This document shows, in pieces, positions 9,277-19,994 of a DNA stretch of 53,117 bases. Source of the DNA: a virus (lineage: Duplodnaviria; Caudoviricetes). Where the stretch lies: positions 1-53,117 of the IMG/VR virus record IMGVR_UViG_3300009705_000021, one strand, 5' to 3'. Position 1 is the first letter of the stretch. Each line of letters starts with the position of its first letter. Below the pieces are notes generated by a model. It saw only the letters and a list, made by a program, of their open reading frames with translations. It searched no databases and was not told the DNA's origin. The translations under genes were made by a program, and so were the position numbers.

Positions 9277-12200
9277 ATGACACGATATTTTGGATTAGAG
9301 GGTATTGGTACTCTTCAAAACATCTCACCTACTTCCGGCAACCCATTCCCATTCAAAAACTCCCTTTGGCTTGTTGGTTATTGGGAGGACTTTTCAGTAT
9401 CATATTCCACCTCAGAGGCTACAAGTAACGAATTAAAGCATACCGAGACTCACTTCGGTAATCCAATGAATAGTGAAGCGAGACTTAACCCTTACTATCG
9501 CTGGTCATTCCCCGATAGAAAGAATGTGTTTTCAAGTGCGACCGTCACCCTTGCTGATACAACAACAACAACAGTCGCAAGAGGAGACATGAATGGTTTA
9601 GTGACTTCGGATATTAAGAGACTGCATAATTTAGGTGCTTTCGAGCATTGCAGTATTGATACAATGCGATTAGGAAAAGGAGTTAGGTATGCAGGTATTC
9701 TCAATAATGAGTACATTGATAGTAATTCAAATAGTAATCGCTACAAGTATGGTGGCCTTTCTTATGAAGCCGTTGTTGGTAGCATTAATGCAGGTATAGA
9801 ATATGAATCATACATCATGTTTAACCCATCCTACAGTGACGCAGGGCGATACCTTGCATCATCGGGTAACACAGACATTACAAATGGCCGTCAATCAATC
9901 CACCAACACTCAATAGATAATTCCGAAGCGAGAACTGCCGCTGACCTACTTATCATTGCAGAGGCAGGTAATTATTCTCAAGGATTAGGTGCGGCGGCAC
10001 TACCACATAATCACGGTCAAGCAAGCGTACTACCTTCGTACTTAATCTCAAGCACCGTTGGTGCGAATGCCTCCACAAATGGAGCAACACCAATAACAGG
10101 TGTGAAAAAGGTAATGTTTAACACAATGATTAGCACAGCCGGTCGCTTCAATTTCACATCTGTATTAGATACATACTACGGCGGAGCATCAGACCCAATC
10201 GTACAGACAGCAACCGCTTGGGCTCGAGGTGGTGATGGTAGAGCAAAAGTAATTTCAGCAGATATTAAATCTCCATCAAAGAAACCATTCTTAGTTATTC
10301 AATCAACATTCCCTGCCCAACAAGTAATAGAAGGTCAAGTATTTAACGGAGCAATGGGTGCTTCTTTTGCTTCAACAAACATAGGTGGGATTGCTGGTCA
10401 GTGGACCACAGGAGATTTGGCATGGGCGGCTCCAAACAATACAACACCTACAGGAACTGATTACCGAGAATATACTGATTTAAGAGAAGGTGATATTGTT
10501 ATCGCACCTACAGGTTGGTGTATCGTTCAAAAGACATACCATGATGATAAGAGCCTTTTGCTTTACAATCTCGCAACAAGCGCACTATTAGATTTCAACA
10601 GATTTGACCCTGCCCACGCTTCTTACATAGGTGCTCCAGCCGCACTTAACAGAGTTCCTCTTGCGAGAAAGTATTGGCCTATTACAAATTACAACGGACC
10701 TTTGAACGCATCAGCAGATGGTGATACATTTCATATGAGAATATGCCCCCAACATTTGAATGATAACGGTCTACCTAACACTGAAAGGTCGCTTCACTAT
10801 GTTTTCAAAGTCGGTTATGATAAAGACCAAATCACTTGGACTGAAAATGGAAACCGATACAAACAGTCGGGGCTTAACATCATGCCTACACATTTCAATG
10901 CTTGTGTCGAGATTGATTTAGAATTAGGAACAATGTTGGCAAGTAAATCAAATGACCCTAATGACCTCGGAACTCACACAGGCGCACCTCAGCGTCACGA
11001 GTTTTACAGCACATGGAACGCAAGTAATACTGCTTCATTCCCTCAACACGCAGAGGCCTATGTTGATTGGGATAGCACAGGAGTGTTGACCGGTCCTAAT
11101 TATGTGAGTACGCATAATCAATGGATTGATTTAGACATAGTGTTTGATTTTTCTGGTCAACAATATGAACTGTATATCAACGGTAAGAGAACAACCGCAG
11201 GTAAAAAGGCTATGCTTGCGAAGCCCGACGGTACAGCATGGGTTGCGAGTGACCTTTATGGTTGGCATATAGATGCAGTCTCATTCTTAACATCATTTGG
11301 AACACAAACTAATTCCTACGAAGCAGGGCAAAATTGGGATAAATCAGAGCCACAATACCTTGCTACTTTAATTGACCGTGTTGGTATTATTCACGAATTA
11401 ACAAATCCCGTAAATGATATAGGTGGTTCCGGCTCAACCGCTTCGGTTCATACTACTAAGAATACACTTCTCATAAGGACTGATTTACAATTAGCACTTG
11501 ATAAGACAGGAATGCTTCAAGCAACAGTCTCCGATGACGACAACAACCTTCATTTGCAGAGAATCATAAAGGACACAACAACCGATTGGAAAGTAATGCT
11601 GTTCAATGAGGATATTGATGATTTCTTGTGGCTTGGTAGTATCGGCACTTTGGTCGTAACCCAAAACTCAAAAAGTAAAGGCAAAGAAATTACATTAACC
11701 GGAGAAGATGCTATGAACTCTTTAGAAAGAATCATGCCATATTGGGAGGCCGGTCAAACAGCCTACGGTCCTTCAACAACATACGCTTACCGAAGACAAG
11801 AGTCAGAGATGGCTCAAGAAAACTTTTACTTCGGAACAAGGAGACTTTTGCGAAGTAACGCCGGTCTTGGTTTTGACCACCAAACAAGAACTGTTTCAAG
11901 GTTTGATGATGCAACAGAAATCGGAGCTATTCAAGGTACTTATTCCCCTGTGTATGAACAAAGAATGAGACTTTATTCATCCCACCCGATACAAATGTAT
12001 TCGGGAGAAGAAAGTGACGGCTCTTTAATTTCAATGGATATATCCTCTTGGAAAACATCACCAACAGTTCTCGATTGGAAAGACAACATTTGGAATATGT
12101 GGTCTACAAAACGAATCATTGGTTTCAGTGACGGAACAAATCATACATGGACCGGTATAACAGCAGACCAAACAAACAGAGGTATCATAGCACACTGTAT

Positions 12201-15200
12201 TGAGCACGGGCTTAAGGTTGGTGACACATTCGAGATTGGTGGGTATGTTGGTGGTTCAGCATACAGAAACCCATTTACCTTTGAGACAAATACTAATACA
12301 AATAAGAGAAGTATTACAGTAAAGAAGATTTTAGGTGATAACGCATTCCTCTTCGTCTATCCATATACACTGAACGATTTTGGACCCGGAGGAGGAGACA
12401 AGGGTTCTTATTGGAGTGTTATACGAAGACAAACAAGCGAAGGTGGTATGGGATATGTTCAAGGTGATGCGGTCACTATGGCTTTTTGGCAACACTCAAC
12501 AGGTGATGGAAAGGATTTAAGAGATTCTCAAACTTGGATTAATCAAATCACAACAAAGAATACAGACAGTTCAATTAGAAGTGCTCTTGATGGTGGTGTT
12601 CAAAGAATCGAGATTGATGGTAGATTAATGTCCTCCGGACACACCCGCATAAATAGCATACCTTATACCAGCAGTAGTAATCTATCGGGGACTTTTGCAT
12701 CAAGCGACGACAGCCGCATAGGTATTTTCAATTGGGACTTCGGTCGTTACTTTATGGGAACTCCGTGGACCGGTATTGATTCTTCGGAGTCAAATATCGC
12801 CGCACGAGACCACTCTGGAACTGTTTCGGATAGACAAGCAAGGTACGAGAAGACCATTGATTTAGCAACATATAGAGGAGGTGCTACTGGTACGGGGTGG
12901 GCTAAGTATGGTGCAATGAATTACAAACCTGCCGCTATGGTCTATACCGGCGCAGAGACTGACGAGGATGGTGACCAATACCTTGACCTCGGAGCAACAA
13001 CCCCTTCATTCCCCGCCGGTTCTGTTTATGGAGTTATCGCAGAAGACCATCATGGTCTTATAACAAATGGACCTGCGTGGATTTTCGCAAACCTTCACGG
13101 TGATGTGGGGCTTCAATATCTCAATAAAGGAACAGAAACAGAAAGGTCGCAAGTATTCACTATGATTTCAGTCGGACCCCAATATCTATGGGGTGGAGCA
13201 AAAGACTCGGCTGGATTGGCGCAAGTGGTTGGTTATGACTCTAAACACAAAAATTACAGAAACGCTTTGATTATTCGAGGCAATGACATAGACCAAGTAG
13301 AGCCTATGATGCCAACAACAGATTCTAATTGGTCGGTACACCCTGCGCTTTCGGGAGCAGGACCAGCAACGAGATATACTGATAAAATGCAAATGAAGTT
13401 CATTGATGCCGCCGGTCAAGGAAATCTAAGTGGTGGTATTGATTGGCAAGAGGTGCGACTTCCTACAAGTGGAGACACCCGATGGGCTACTGCCGGAACT
13501 CCCGGAGACGCCGACTTTCGTGTAAATATCCCCGTTGCATCTCTTAACACAACAGCAGTAACAAGCGTTCCGGACCTGACAACAGGCGCACCGAGCAATT
13601 GGGACACGGTAAAATTATTATTCCCTCGTGAAGGAGAAATAGGTATAATATCTAATCTTGTAGCACCCGCAGGAGGAACATATGTCACATATACTTACGA
13701 GTCTTTTGATTCAGCAACAGACACTTTTATCAATTGCAGACCACATAAAACCTCGCATAGGGGTTTTAGACCTGACCAAGCGGCCTTCGCTGATTCCGGC
13801 TCACCAAATCTCCGTATTATGATACCTGCTGTCGAGACACATTGTCAAGCACTATTCATCCCACCTGCGGCAAGACAAGGTCGTGAAGTAAATAGAGTAT
13901 CACACGCCGCATGGATGCAAGACATAAGAAACAGTCTCTGGTTCAAAATGACCTTTGGTCGTATTAATAAAGAACCTGTCGGTGTTGATGGACCAAAAAG
14001 GAATGCGGTTGCTATTCGAGGAGATGTACATAATCGTGTTTATGTTACAACACTTCACCCATTTAGCACAGCCGCACAGCATACCGACTACTTCACACTT
14101 ACTGCTGACCATGATGCAGGGGATGCTTCAATCACACTTACCCCACAATGTGCAATACCTATGATAACACCCGACGGTTTTGATTATCGCTACAAAAACT
14201 CTTGGGGTTACACTGTTAATGATAAGAATACTAATCCGTGGGTCAGCATCCCATCCTTCGCATCCAACAATGCTCCAACAAGAAAGAATGGTGGTTTGTG
14301 TTTTGAAATATACGGTAATGACGGTTCATTAGATGTTGGGATTGGTGATAGTGCGGTTATGGTCAATTGTAAGGATGATACAGATGCGGCATTTAAGTAT
14401 TGGGAGATTGTTCAAATCCGTGAAGAAAGTATTATTGCTAAACACGGTCTGCTTGAGGATTATGGGATTAGTGATGGTACGAGCGTTCCGGGAGCTCTTT
14501 GGCTTACGGGAGCATACAATCCTGTGACATACCACTCGGGTGGTGCTTTTACTGTTACCGCACCAACAACAGACCCTAACAAGTATTGGTCAACAGACCC
14601 TGCAACAGTGACAAATGGGTTTGCTAATCTCGCAATAGGTGATGTCGTATTCCTCGGTAATACATATGGTCACCAAGAAATGCCACCAACCGATGACACA
14701 AATAGAGAATGGAATCCAAACAACCCTACCGGTGAGCCAAGAGATTTAGTTTCATATCGGTGGTATAAAGTCCTCGATAAAACCTCTGACGACAGACAAA
14801 TATGTTTATTCCCCGCAGAAATAGCGTACTATAATAGAGATTATAGTTTTACTAAAAGTGATGGGAGCACAGGCTATCCACTTAAACACCCTGTCGCCGC
14901 ACATGACGGCATCCTTTCTCTTCCCGACGCAATATATAATGACCAATACACTATTCCCGCAAGAAGTGGTAACAACCCACTGCAAGCAAATCTCCCAACA
15001 GGATTCCCAACACAAGGTAATAAACACTGCTACCTTTACTGTGGTGATATTCAAGTCAATGGAATTAAGTTCACCAAAAAACGACACCTTAGTGGTGCTA
15101 TCGGTCGCTTTAGAAAAATACGAGATGACTTTAGACATATTTACATTCTATGGGCTGACATGAGAAATGATGGCTCAGCAGACGCAGACGGTAGCCATCG

Positions 15201-18200
15201 TAAAACAAACTTTGGTTTAGTCTACCCAACAATAGATAATTACGATATATCACTTGTTCATGCTAATACCCAAGAAGGGATTATTGATTTGAAAATGGGT
15301 GAAGACATTGATATTTGGTCTATGCAAGACACTGACCCTTTCACATCAGCAAGGTGGTCAGCCAACAGAACAAATCTAATAACCGGAGATTATGATTACG
15401 CTAATATACTACATGATTGGGAGGACAAGGCAGGTTCATTTATCATACTTGACACTTCAAAGTTTTTCAATCTAAACACATATGCCAACAACGGTCGTAT
15501 CGGACAAAATGCCGGTGGAGATAAAGACCTTGATGGTATAGTGGTTCAAAGCGAAGGATTCCCCGAGTTGATGGATAATTATTGGTGGTGGTCTATGCCT
15601 CATCCATTCACAGCAAAGTATCGCTTACCATATGACCCCACATGGAAGTTCGTTTGCAGATACAACACTAAGGTCGCATCCGATGTTGATAATGGCAAAC
15701 CTATACTAAACATTGATTCTTCTCACCACTACCAAGGGAGTTATTTTGATGATATTAGAATTGATGGAGCATTTGATTTCATGCAATACTCTAATGACAC
15801 AGAATCCGGCGGAGCAGCGACGAGTGATTTCCCTGTCGGTGGAACTTGGCAATCCCAAAAGGGTTGCTTTGTCACTGATTATGACGAGCGAGCAAGTGGT
15901 GACGCTAAGAGACTTTACTTGGGTGTTGGTTCTCGTGTATTGGGTAGTCAAGAGACTATGGCCTTTTCTATGGATGAAACAATACCAAACTCTAACTTTG
16001 GTATGAACACATTAAAAACAGTGAACGACCACAACATATTTACAAATTGGGCGGCAACTCACTCATTACCTTTGATGATGACAATTGAGGGTCATATTGA
16101 AACACCGGCTTCTAATACTTATTGGGAGCACGACAAGATTCGTTTGATGTGGCAAAAGGCTCAACAGAGAACTTGGTTAAGTGGTAGCAGAATCCCAATT
16201 AATTATGACATATCCGACGTACCTATTTCTTTTGAGTTTGATAGTACGCATCAAGGAACAACAGACACGACATTGGTTGAGTCATATGGTAGTGTGTATG
16301 ACGGTCGAGGTCAAACTGTTAGAAGAATTATTAGTGCCATACAGAATCAATCGGGAGCAGGTTATACAAACTCAATATCCTCTAAGTGGCATTTCCAAAT
16401 AGAAAGAGGGAGATTTACTTATCGCCCAAGTTACTCATCCCTACTAACTTTGAATAGAGATAATTTGGTCGAATCAAACCTTACTTCAAGGGCGAGCAAA
16501 TCAACAAACTTTGTCCGAGTTCTTTTCAACGGTGGCTCTTCATTCGTTGATTATCCAAAAGGCTCACTAAACGATGACACTCAATCATCTAAGTGGAAAT
16601 TGATAGATGCGTCAAATGTGAGTTCAGCGTCAGAGGCTCATGCTTTGGCTGTACAGACCTACGAGGCATCTAAGAAGAGTTCATTCAAGGTTAATGGTAG
16701 GATGATTAGAGAAAGCGAACAAACAACCTTAATGACAGGCGGTCGTCACGGTTACATTTTAACACCGTGCATACGAACCTTACCTTCAACATCAACAAGT
16801 GCTCGAAGTAACACACTTCATCAACACAGTCTCACAGCAGGTTGTTTATTTCCGGGTCGAGTCAATGCGCTTGATGGTAACTTAGATGGTTTGCTATATT
16901 TGAATAGGGTTCAACAACATGGTGCGGCAAACCAAGTCTCTACCTTCGGTGATGAATGGGATGGTCTTTTCATTGGGAATAAAAGCGATAGTGAGTATTA
17001 CAGTGAAGAAAGAGGAGCACATGGTAGTGGTACTTGTGACGCATTTTCAGTGACGAGTTCAGCAACCGGAGCATCAAGACCTGTTGTCCCATCCCACCAA
17101 TCATACGGTTGGTATGGCTTAGGGTCTGTTGATAAGGCCGTACAAGTTATTCATGTATCAAAAGACATTCCATTTGTCTCCAATCTCACAGGTAATGAGT
17201 TGAGGATTTTTATCACACATAACAGTAACACAGCCAACGAAGGAAAATATAGAATATGGCTTGTTGACCCTACATTTATTACCCCAACATCGACAGGTTC
17301 ACAAGGAACAGACTTTGCCTCTATGACCTTTTCGGATAATGTTACTACTAAAGATGTTCAAGCGAATGGTTATGTTGAATTAACCCTACCTTCTTCTTAT
17401 GGTTCTCCGGTAGGTAGCAGAATTACTGTTTCGTTTAACAAAGAGTATTGTGACACACTGTTGAGATATAGGTCACACAGCGCAACCGCTTCTAAGAGTA
17501 ACAAAGGTAATAGGGTCAATCAATTTTTCACAGCAATTAATATCGCTGACTATTCCGCAGGGTCACACTCATTCAATGCAGTGGCAAGTGTCAATGAAGG
17601 GTCAGCATTCCCACTTGGATTACCAGAGTTTGCTGATGGTGCGGATTCATATGACCGTGGAGGTTTTTGGTGGTTGCACAAAACAAGAGCATTAATGCAG
17701 TGTCCTTCTATTAGCATAGTAAAGGATATTCTTTGGAGACCTGGTCGCACTGTAAATTATGTTGATGACCACCTTGACTTGAATGAAGAGTTAATGGTCA
17801 CAGAAGTTAAGTACGCCTTAAGCGAGGCAAAACATGAGAGCGTTTCACTTGTACTGCAAAGAGATGATGCACAAAGCACTGCTCAAAGAGGATTTATGTT
17901 ACCAAATCTCGGTGATTCATATAGAACACGACCAGAGCCACCACGACCTGAGGGTGGTGGTGACGGTGATGATACCGGAGGAGGAGGAGGTTCCGGCGGT
18001 GGCGGTGGAACAGGTGATGGTGGGAGCGGAGGAGGATGGGTACCTCCAGCAATCTTCCCACCAAAAACAGGTGTTCCGCCAATGGGTGAGTCATATGGTG
18101 GTATGATAACATCTCCAAGCACAGGCGGTGTAATTTATTCACCATTATCCGATGATTCTGGTCGAGGAAATGCTATTGGTGTTGAAGGAACAGTGTATAA

Positions 18201-19248
18201 AACGGAAGATGGTGAAACGAATGATGCGAGAGCATCGGGTACTTTACACAGCGCACGGTCACAAACAGGTGCGGGAGCACCACCACAAGACGGGGGTTAT
18301 GGTGCAGGCGCAACGAACACTTCAAACAGAATTGGTATCAGTAACATTACTAAGGGAGCATATGACGCTATCAAAGGTAAAGGAGACTTAATGGGTGAAG
18401 CAGGTTTCGCAGGTCAATCCGGCTTACTTGGTGTGAATAAAAACAAATCCTCGTATATGCACACAACAGAAAGTAGTGAAATGAGTGCGGTTGTTTCTTC
18501 AAAGACCTGTACGGCAGGTAGTGCAAACATCACATCAAGCGGCTTTTCACTACCGGGTCGAACTTCATTCACAGAGGGTGTTGCTATGACCACCTTTGAT
18601 TATCACGAGTTTGCTATGACCTTATCCACCCCGAAGGGTACAATAGGTACTAAAGCGACAGTTAAGGCTAAGGTTAATGCTCCTGCGAAGACCGGTGACG
18701 GGACAACAGATGCAAAATATACTCTTTACACTAAGGTCACTTGTATTGAAACAGGTGCAGTTATTGAGCACCAAACAAACTTCACGGGAACAGGAAATAC
18801 AAAAGAGATTACATTGATGCCAACAAAGTCTCTTGAAGGTATGGAGGTTGAGGGGAATACAATTGAAATTAAGGTTGGGAGAACTCCGGGTAGCACCACT
18901 ATGGCTACGACTGTTGTTGATACTGTCGTAACTAATGATGATAACTACGGTGATGATAATGCACAGTTTGAGGCTATTGAAATTACAGGTATTAAAATCT
19001 ATACCGAGAAGAAAAAGCAAGCACCTGCATTCAAACAAACTACAACAGATAAACTCCGTATGAAGGATAATACGGTCGGTACATACAGTGGAACACAGAA
19101 AGCATTCAAAAATGTGAATGGTGAAGAAAGTGATACATCGGGAGTTGTTGATAGGACAAACGAAGGCAGTAATCAATCAAGTGGTCGTGGGGTTGATGGG
19201 ACATTGAAAGAAGGTGATGCTGACCCATTCGCCGGTCTTACAGATTAA
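9277..19248 (+). CDS. Giant tail-tip hub / adhesin protein (~3320 aa)
   Basis: Follows the tape measure gene; ATG at 9277; hub-like segments (LWLGSIG...ITLTGED, RFTYRP...NFVRV, PGRTVNY...VTEVKY); LamG-like segment; Gly/Pro linker near the C-terminus. Confidence 0.75.
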   Translation: MTRYFGLEGIGTLQNISPTSGNPFPFKNSLWLVGYWEDFSVSYSTSEATSNELKHTETHFGNPMNSEARLNPYYRWSFPDRKNVFSSATVTLADTTTTTVARGDMNGLVTSDIKRLHNLGAFEHCSIDTMRLGKGVRYAGILNNEYIDSNSNSNRYKYGGLSYEAVVGSINAGIEYESYIMFNPSYSDAGRYLASSGNTDITNGRQSIHQHSIDNSEARTAADLLIIAEAGNYSQGLGAAALPHNHGQASVLPSYLISSTVGANASTNGATPITGVKKVMFNTMISTAGRFNFTSVLDTYYGGASDPIVQTATAWARGGDGRAKVISADIKSPSKKPFLVIQSTFPAQQVIEGQVFNGAMGASFASTNIGGIAGQWTTGDLAWAAPNNTTPTGTDYREYTDLREGDIVIAPTGWCIVQKTYHDDKSLLLYNLATSALLDFNRFDPAHASYIGAPAALNRVPLARKYWPITNYNGPLNASADGDTFHMRICPQHLNDNGLPNTERSLHYVFKVGYDKDQITWTENGNRYKQSGLNIMPTHFNACVEIDLELGTMLASKSNDPNDLGTHTGAPQRHEFYSTWNASNTASFPQHAEAYVDWDSTGVLTGPNYVSTHNQWIDLDIVFDFSGQQYELYINGKRTTAGKKAMLAKPDGTAWVASDLYGWHIDAVSFLTSFGTQTNSYEAGQNWDKSEPQYLATLIDRVGIIHELTNPVNDIGGSGSTASVHTTKNTLLIRTDLQLALDKTGMLQATVSDDDNNLHLQRIIKDTTTDWKVMLFNEDIDDFLWLGSIGTLVVTQNSKSKGKEITLTGEDAMNSLERIMPYWEAGQTAYGPSTTYAYRRQESEMAQENFYFGTRRLLRSNAGLGFDHQTRTVSRFDDATEIGAIQGTYSPVYEQRMRLYSSHPIQMYSGEESDGSLISMDISSWKTSPTVLDWKDNIWNMWSTKRIIGFSDGTNHTWTGITADQTNRGIIAHCIEHGLKVGDTFEIGGYVGGSAYRNPFTFETNTNTNKRSITVKKILGDNAFLFVYPYTLNDFGPGGGDKGSYWSVIRRQTSEGGMGYVQGDAVTMAFWQHSTGDGKDLRDSQTWINQITTKNTDSSIRSALDGGVQRIEIDGRLMSSGHTRINSIPYTSSSNLSGTFASSDDSRIGIFNWDFGRYFMGTPWTGIDSSESNIAARDHSGTVSDRQARYEKTIDLATYRGGATGTGWAKYGAMNYKPAAMVYTGAETDEDGDQYLDLGATTPSFPAGSVYGVIAEDHHGLITNGPAWIFANLHGDVGLQYLNKGTETERSQVFTMISVGPQYLWGGAKDSAGLAQVVGYDSKHKNYRNALIIRGNDIDQVEPMMPTTDSNWSVHPALSGAGPATRYTDKMQMKFIDAAGQGNLSGGIDWQEVRLPTSGDTRWATAGTPGDADFRVNIPVASLNTTAVTSVPDLTTGAPSNWDTVKLLFPREGEIGIISNLVAPAGGTYVTYTYESFDSATDTFINCRPHKTSHRGFRPDQAAFADSGSPNLRIMIPAVETHCQALFIPPAARQGREVNRVSHAAWMQDIRNSLWFKMTFGRINKEPVGVDGPKRNAVAIRGDVHNRVYVTTLHPFSTAAQHTDYFTLTADHDAGDASITLTPQCAIPMITPDGFDYRYKNSWGYTVNDKNTNPWVSIPSFASNNAPTRKNGGLCFEIYGNDGSLDVGIGDSAVMVNCKDDTDAAFKYWEIVQIREESIIAKHGLLEDYGISDGTSVPGALWLTGAYNPVTYHSGGAFTVTAPTTDPNKYWSTDPATVTNGFANLAIGDVVFLGNTYGHQEMPPTDDTNREWNPNNPTGEPRDLVSYRWYKVLDKTSDDRQICLFPAEIAYYNRDYSFTKSDGSTGYPLKHPVAAHDGILSLPDAIYNDQYTIPARSGNNPLQANLPTGFPTQGNKHCYLYCGDIQVNGIKFTKKRHLSGAIGRFRKIRDDFRHIYILWADMRNDGSADADGSHRKTNFGLVYPTIDNYDISLVHANTQEGIIDLKMGEDIDIWSMQDTDPFTSARWSANRTNLITGDYDYANILHDWEDKAGSFIILDTSKFFNLNTYANNGRIGQNAGGDKDLDGIVVQSEGFPELMDNYWWWSMPHPFTAKYRLPYDPTWKFVCRYNTKVASDVDNGKPILNIDSSHHYQGSYFDDIRIDGAFDFMQYSNDTESGGAATSDFPVGGTWQSQKGCFVTDYDERASGDAKRLYLGVGSRVLGSQETMAFSMDETIPNSNFGMNTLKTVNDHNIFTNWAATHSLPLMMTIEGHIETPASNTYWEHDKIRLMWQKAQQRTWLSGSRIPINYDISDVPISFEFDSTHQGTTDTTLVESYGSVYDGRGQTVRRIISAIQNQSGAGYTNSISSKWHFQIERGRFTYRPSYSSLLTLNRDNLVESNLTSRASKSTNFVRVLFNGGSSFVDYPKGSLNDDTQSSKWKLIDASNVSSASEAHALAVQTYEASKKSSFKVNGRMIRESEQTTLMTGGRHGYILTPCIRTLPSTSTSARSNTLHQHSLTAGCLFPGRVNALDGNLDGLLYLNRVQQHGAANQVSTFGDEWDGLFIGNKSDSEYYSEERGAHGSGTCDAFSVTSSATGASRPVVPSHQSYGWYGLGSVDKAVQVIHVSKDIPFVSNLTGNELRIFITHNSNTANEGKYRIWLVDPTFITPTSTGSQGTDFASMTFSDNVTTKDVQANGYVELTLPSSYGSPVGSRITVSFNKEYCDTLLRYRSHSATASKSNKGNRVNQFFTAINIADYSAGSHSFNAVASVNEGSAFPLGLPEFADGADSYDRGGFWWLHKTRALMQCPSISIVKDILWRPGRTVNYVDDHLDLNEELMVTEVKYALSEAKHESVSLVLQRDDAQSTAQRGFMLPNLGDSYRTRPEPPRPEGGGDGDDTGGGGGSGGGGGTGDGGSGGGWVPPAIFPPKTGVPPMGESYGGMITSPSTGGVIYSPLSDDSGRGNAIGVEGTVYKTEDGETNDARASGTLHSARSQTGAGAPPQDGGYGAGATNTSNRIGISNITKGAYDAIKGKGDLMGEAGFAGQSGLLGVNKNKSSYMHTTESSEMSAVVSSKTCTAGSANITSSGFSLPGRTSFTEGVAMTTFDYHEFAMTLSTPKGTIGTKATVKAKVNAPAKTGDGTTDAKYTLYTKVTCIETGAVIEHQTNFTGTGNTKEITLMPTKSLEGMEVEGNTIEIKVGRTPGSTTMATTVVDTVVTNDDNYGDDNAQFEAIEITGIKIYTEKKKQAPAFKQTTTDKLRMKDNTVGTYSGTQKAFKNVNGEESDTSGVVDRTNEGSNQSSGRGVDGTLKEGDADPFAGLTD

Positions 19249-19765
19249 GCAAGACCTTTTGCTTGTATTGCTCAACCAACCAATCAACGAAGTTATCCAT
19301 AGTCTCTACTTGAAAGTATGATACTTCGGGGAATCTCAAACAGAACCCCTGCTTGAATGCTTTGATGTGGCCTTTTTGTCGAGCCTTAGCCACTACTTTG
19401 TCTTGTTTCATATTGTTCTTTTTCCCACCTTTGAATCTTCTCGGGACCCACGGTCTAAGGTCAATAGTTTCACCATAAACAACGAGCCATGGTCTCATCT
19501 CAAGGTTTGAATCTGTCATATCCCTTAATTGTGCGGCAACGGTTCGGCTTCGCCCCTGTCCGACGATAGAGCCCGCAAGGTCATTTATTTCCTTTGCCTC
19601 AATAATCCAATCGTCTATGATGTAGTCTCCTGTTTTCAATTGACACACCCACACTTTGCCTTTAGGGTCTGTCTTAGCGTCACCGAGAATCATTATCAAT
19701 TTATGAATAACCTTTTCGTTTTCACGATGGTCAACAATGAGCAACCCACTTGGTATTTCGGCCAT
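19238..19765 (-). CDS. ERCC4/XPF/Mus81-family endonuclease (probable junction resolvase)
   Basis: VDHRE, LKTGDYII and IEAKEINDL...SI motifs (variant of ERKxxxD). Confidence 0.85.
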   Translation of the reverse strand: MAEIPSGLLIVDHRENEKVIHKLIMILGDAKTDPKGKVWVCQLKTGDYIIDDWIIEAKEINDLAGSIVGQGRSRTVAAQLRDMTDSNLEMRPWLVVYGETIDLRPWVPRRFKGGKKNNMKQDKVVAKARQKGHIKAFKQGFCLRFPEVSYFQVETMDNFVDWLVEQYKQKVLLNL

Positions 19766-19797
19766 GATTAGCGTAGTCCGTTCAGCCTTATAAGAGT

Positions 19798-19941
19798 TCA
19801 GTGCAACAGCACTCCGAATATATTCCGGTTTTCACAATTAATTCTAACCGTTGTCATACATAGAGTACAAGCACTGAATCCATTGACTGTAACGGCCTTC
19901 ACGGTCTTGCGACAATGGGGGCAATTTGCATAGGTGCTCAT
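19798..19941 (-). CDS. Zn-ribbon microprotein (47 aa), not in ORF track
   Basis: MSTYANCPHCRKTVKAVTVNGFSACTLC...; TTAAATA box ~24 nt upstream of the ATG (leaderless). Confidence 0.55.
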   Translation of the reverse strand: MSTYANCPHCRKTVKAVTVNGFSACTLCMTTVRINCENRNIFGVLLH

Positions 19942-19994
19942 TAATAAGACTTAGACGATGCGACTATTTAATCCTTTCTATCTAATGCTTATAA

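Noticed and set aside
17930-18100. GGN-rich repeat and Pro-rich antisense ORFs (17883..18122)
   Set aside because: This is a low-complexity Gly/Pro linker of the giant tail protein; the antisense ORFs are shadows.
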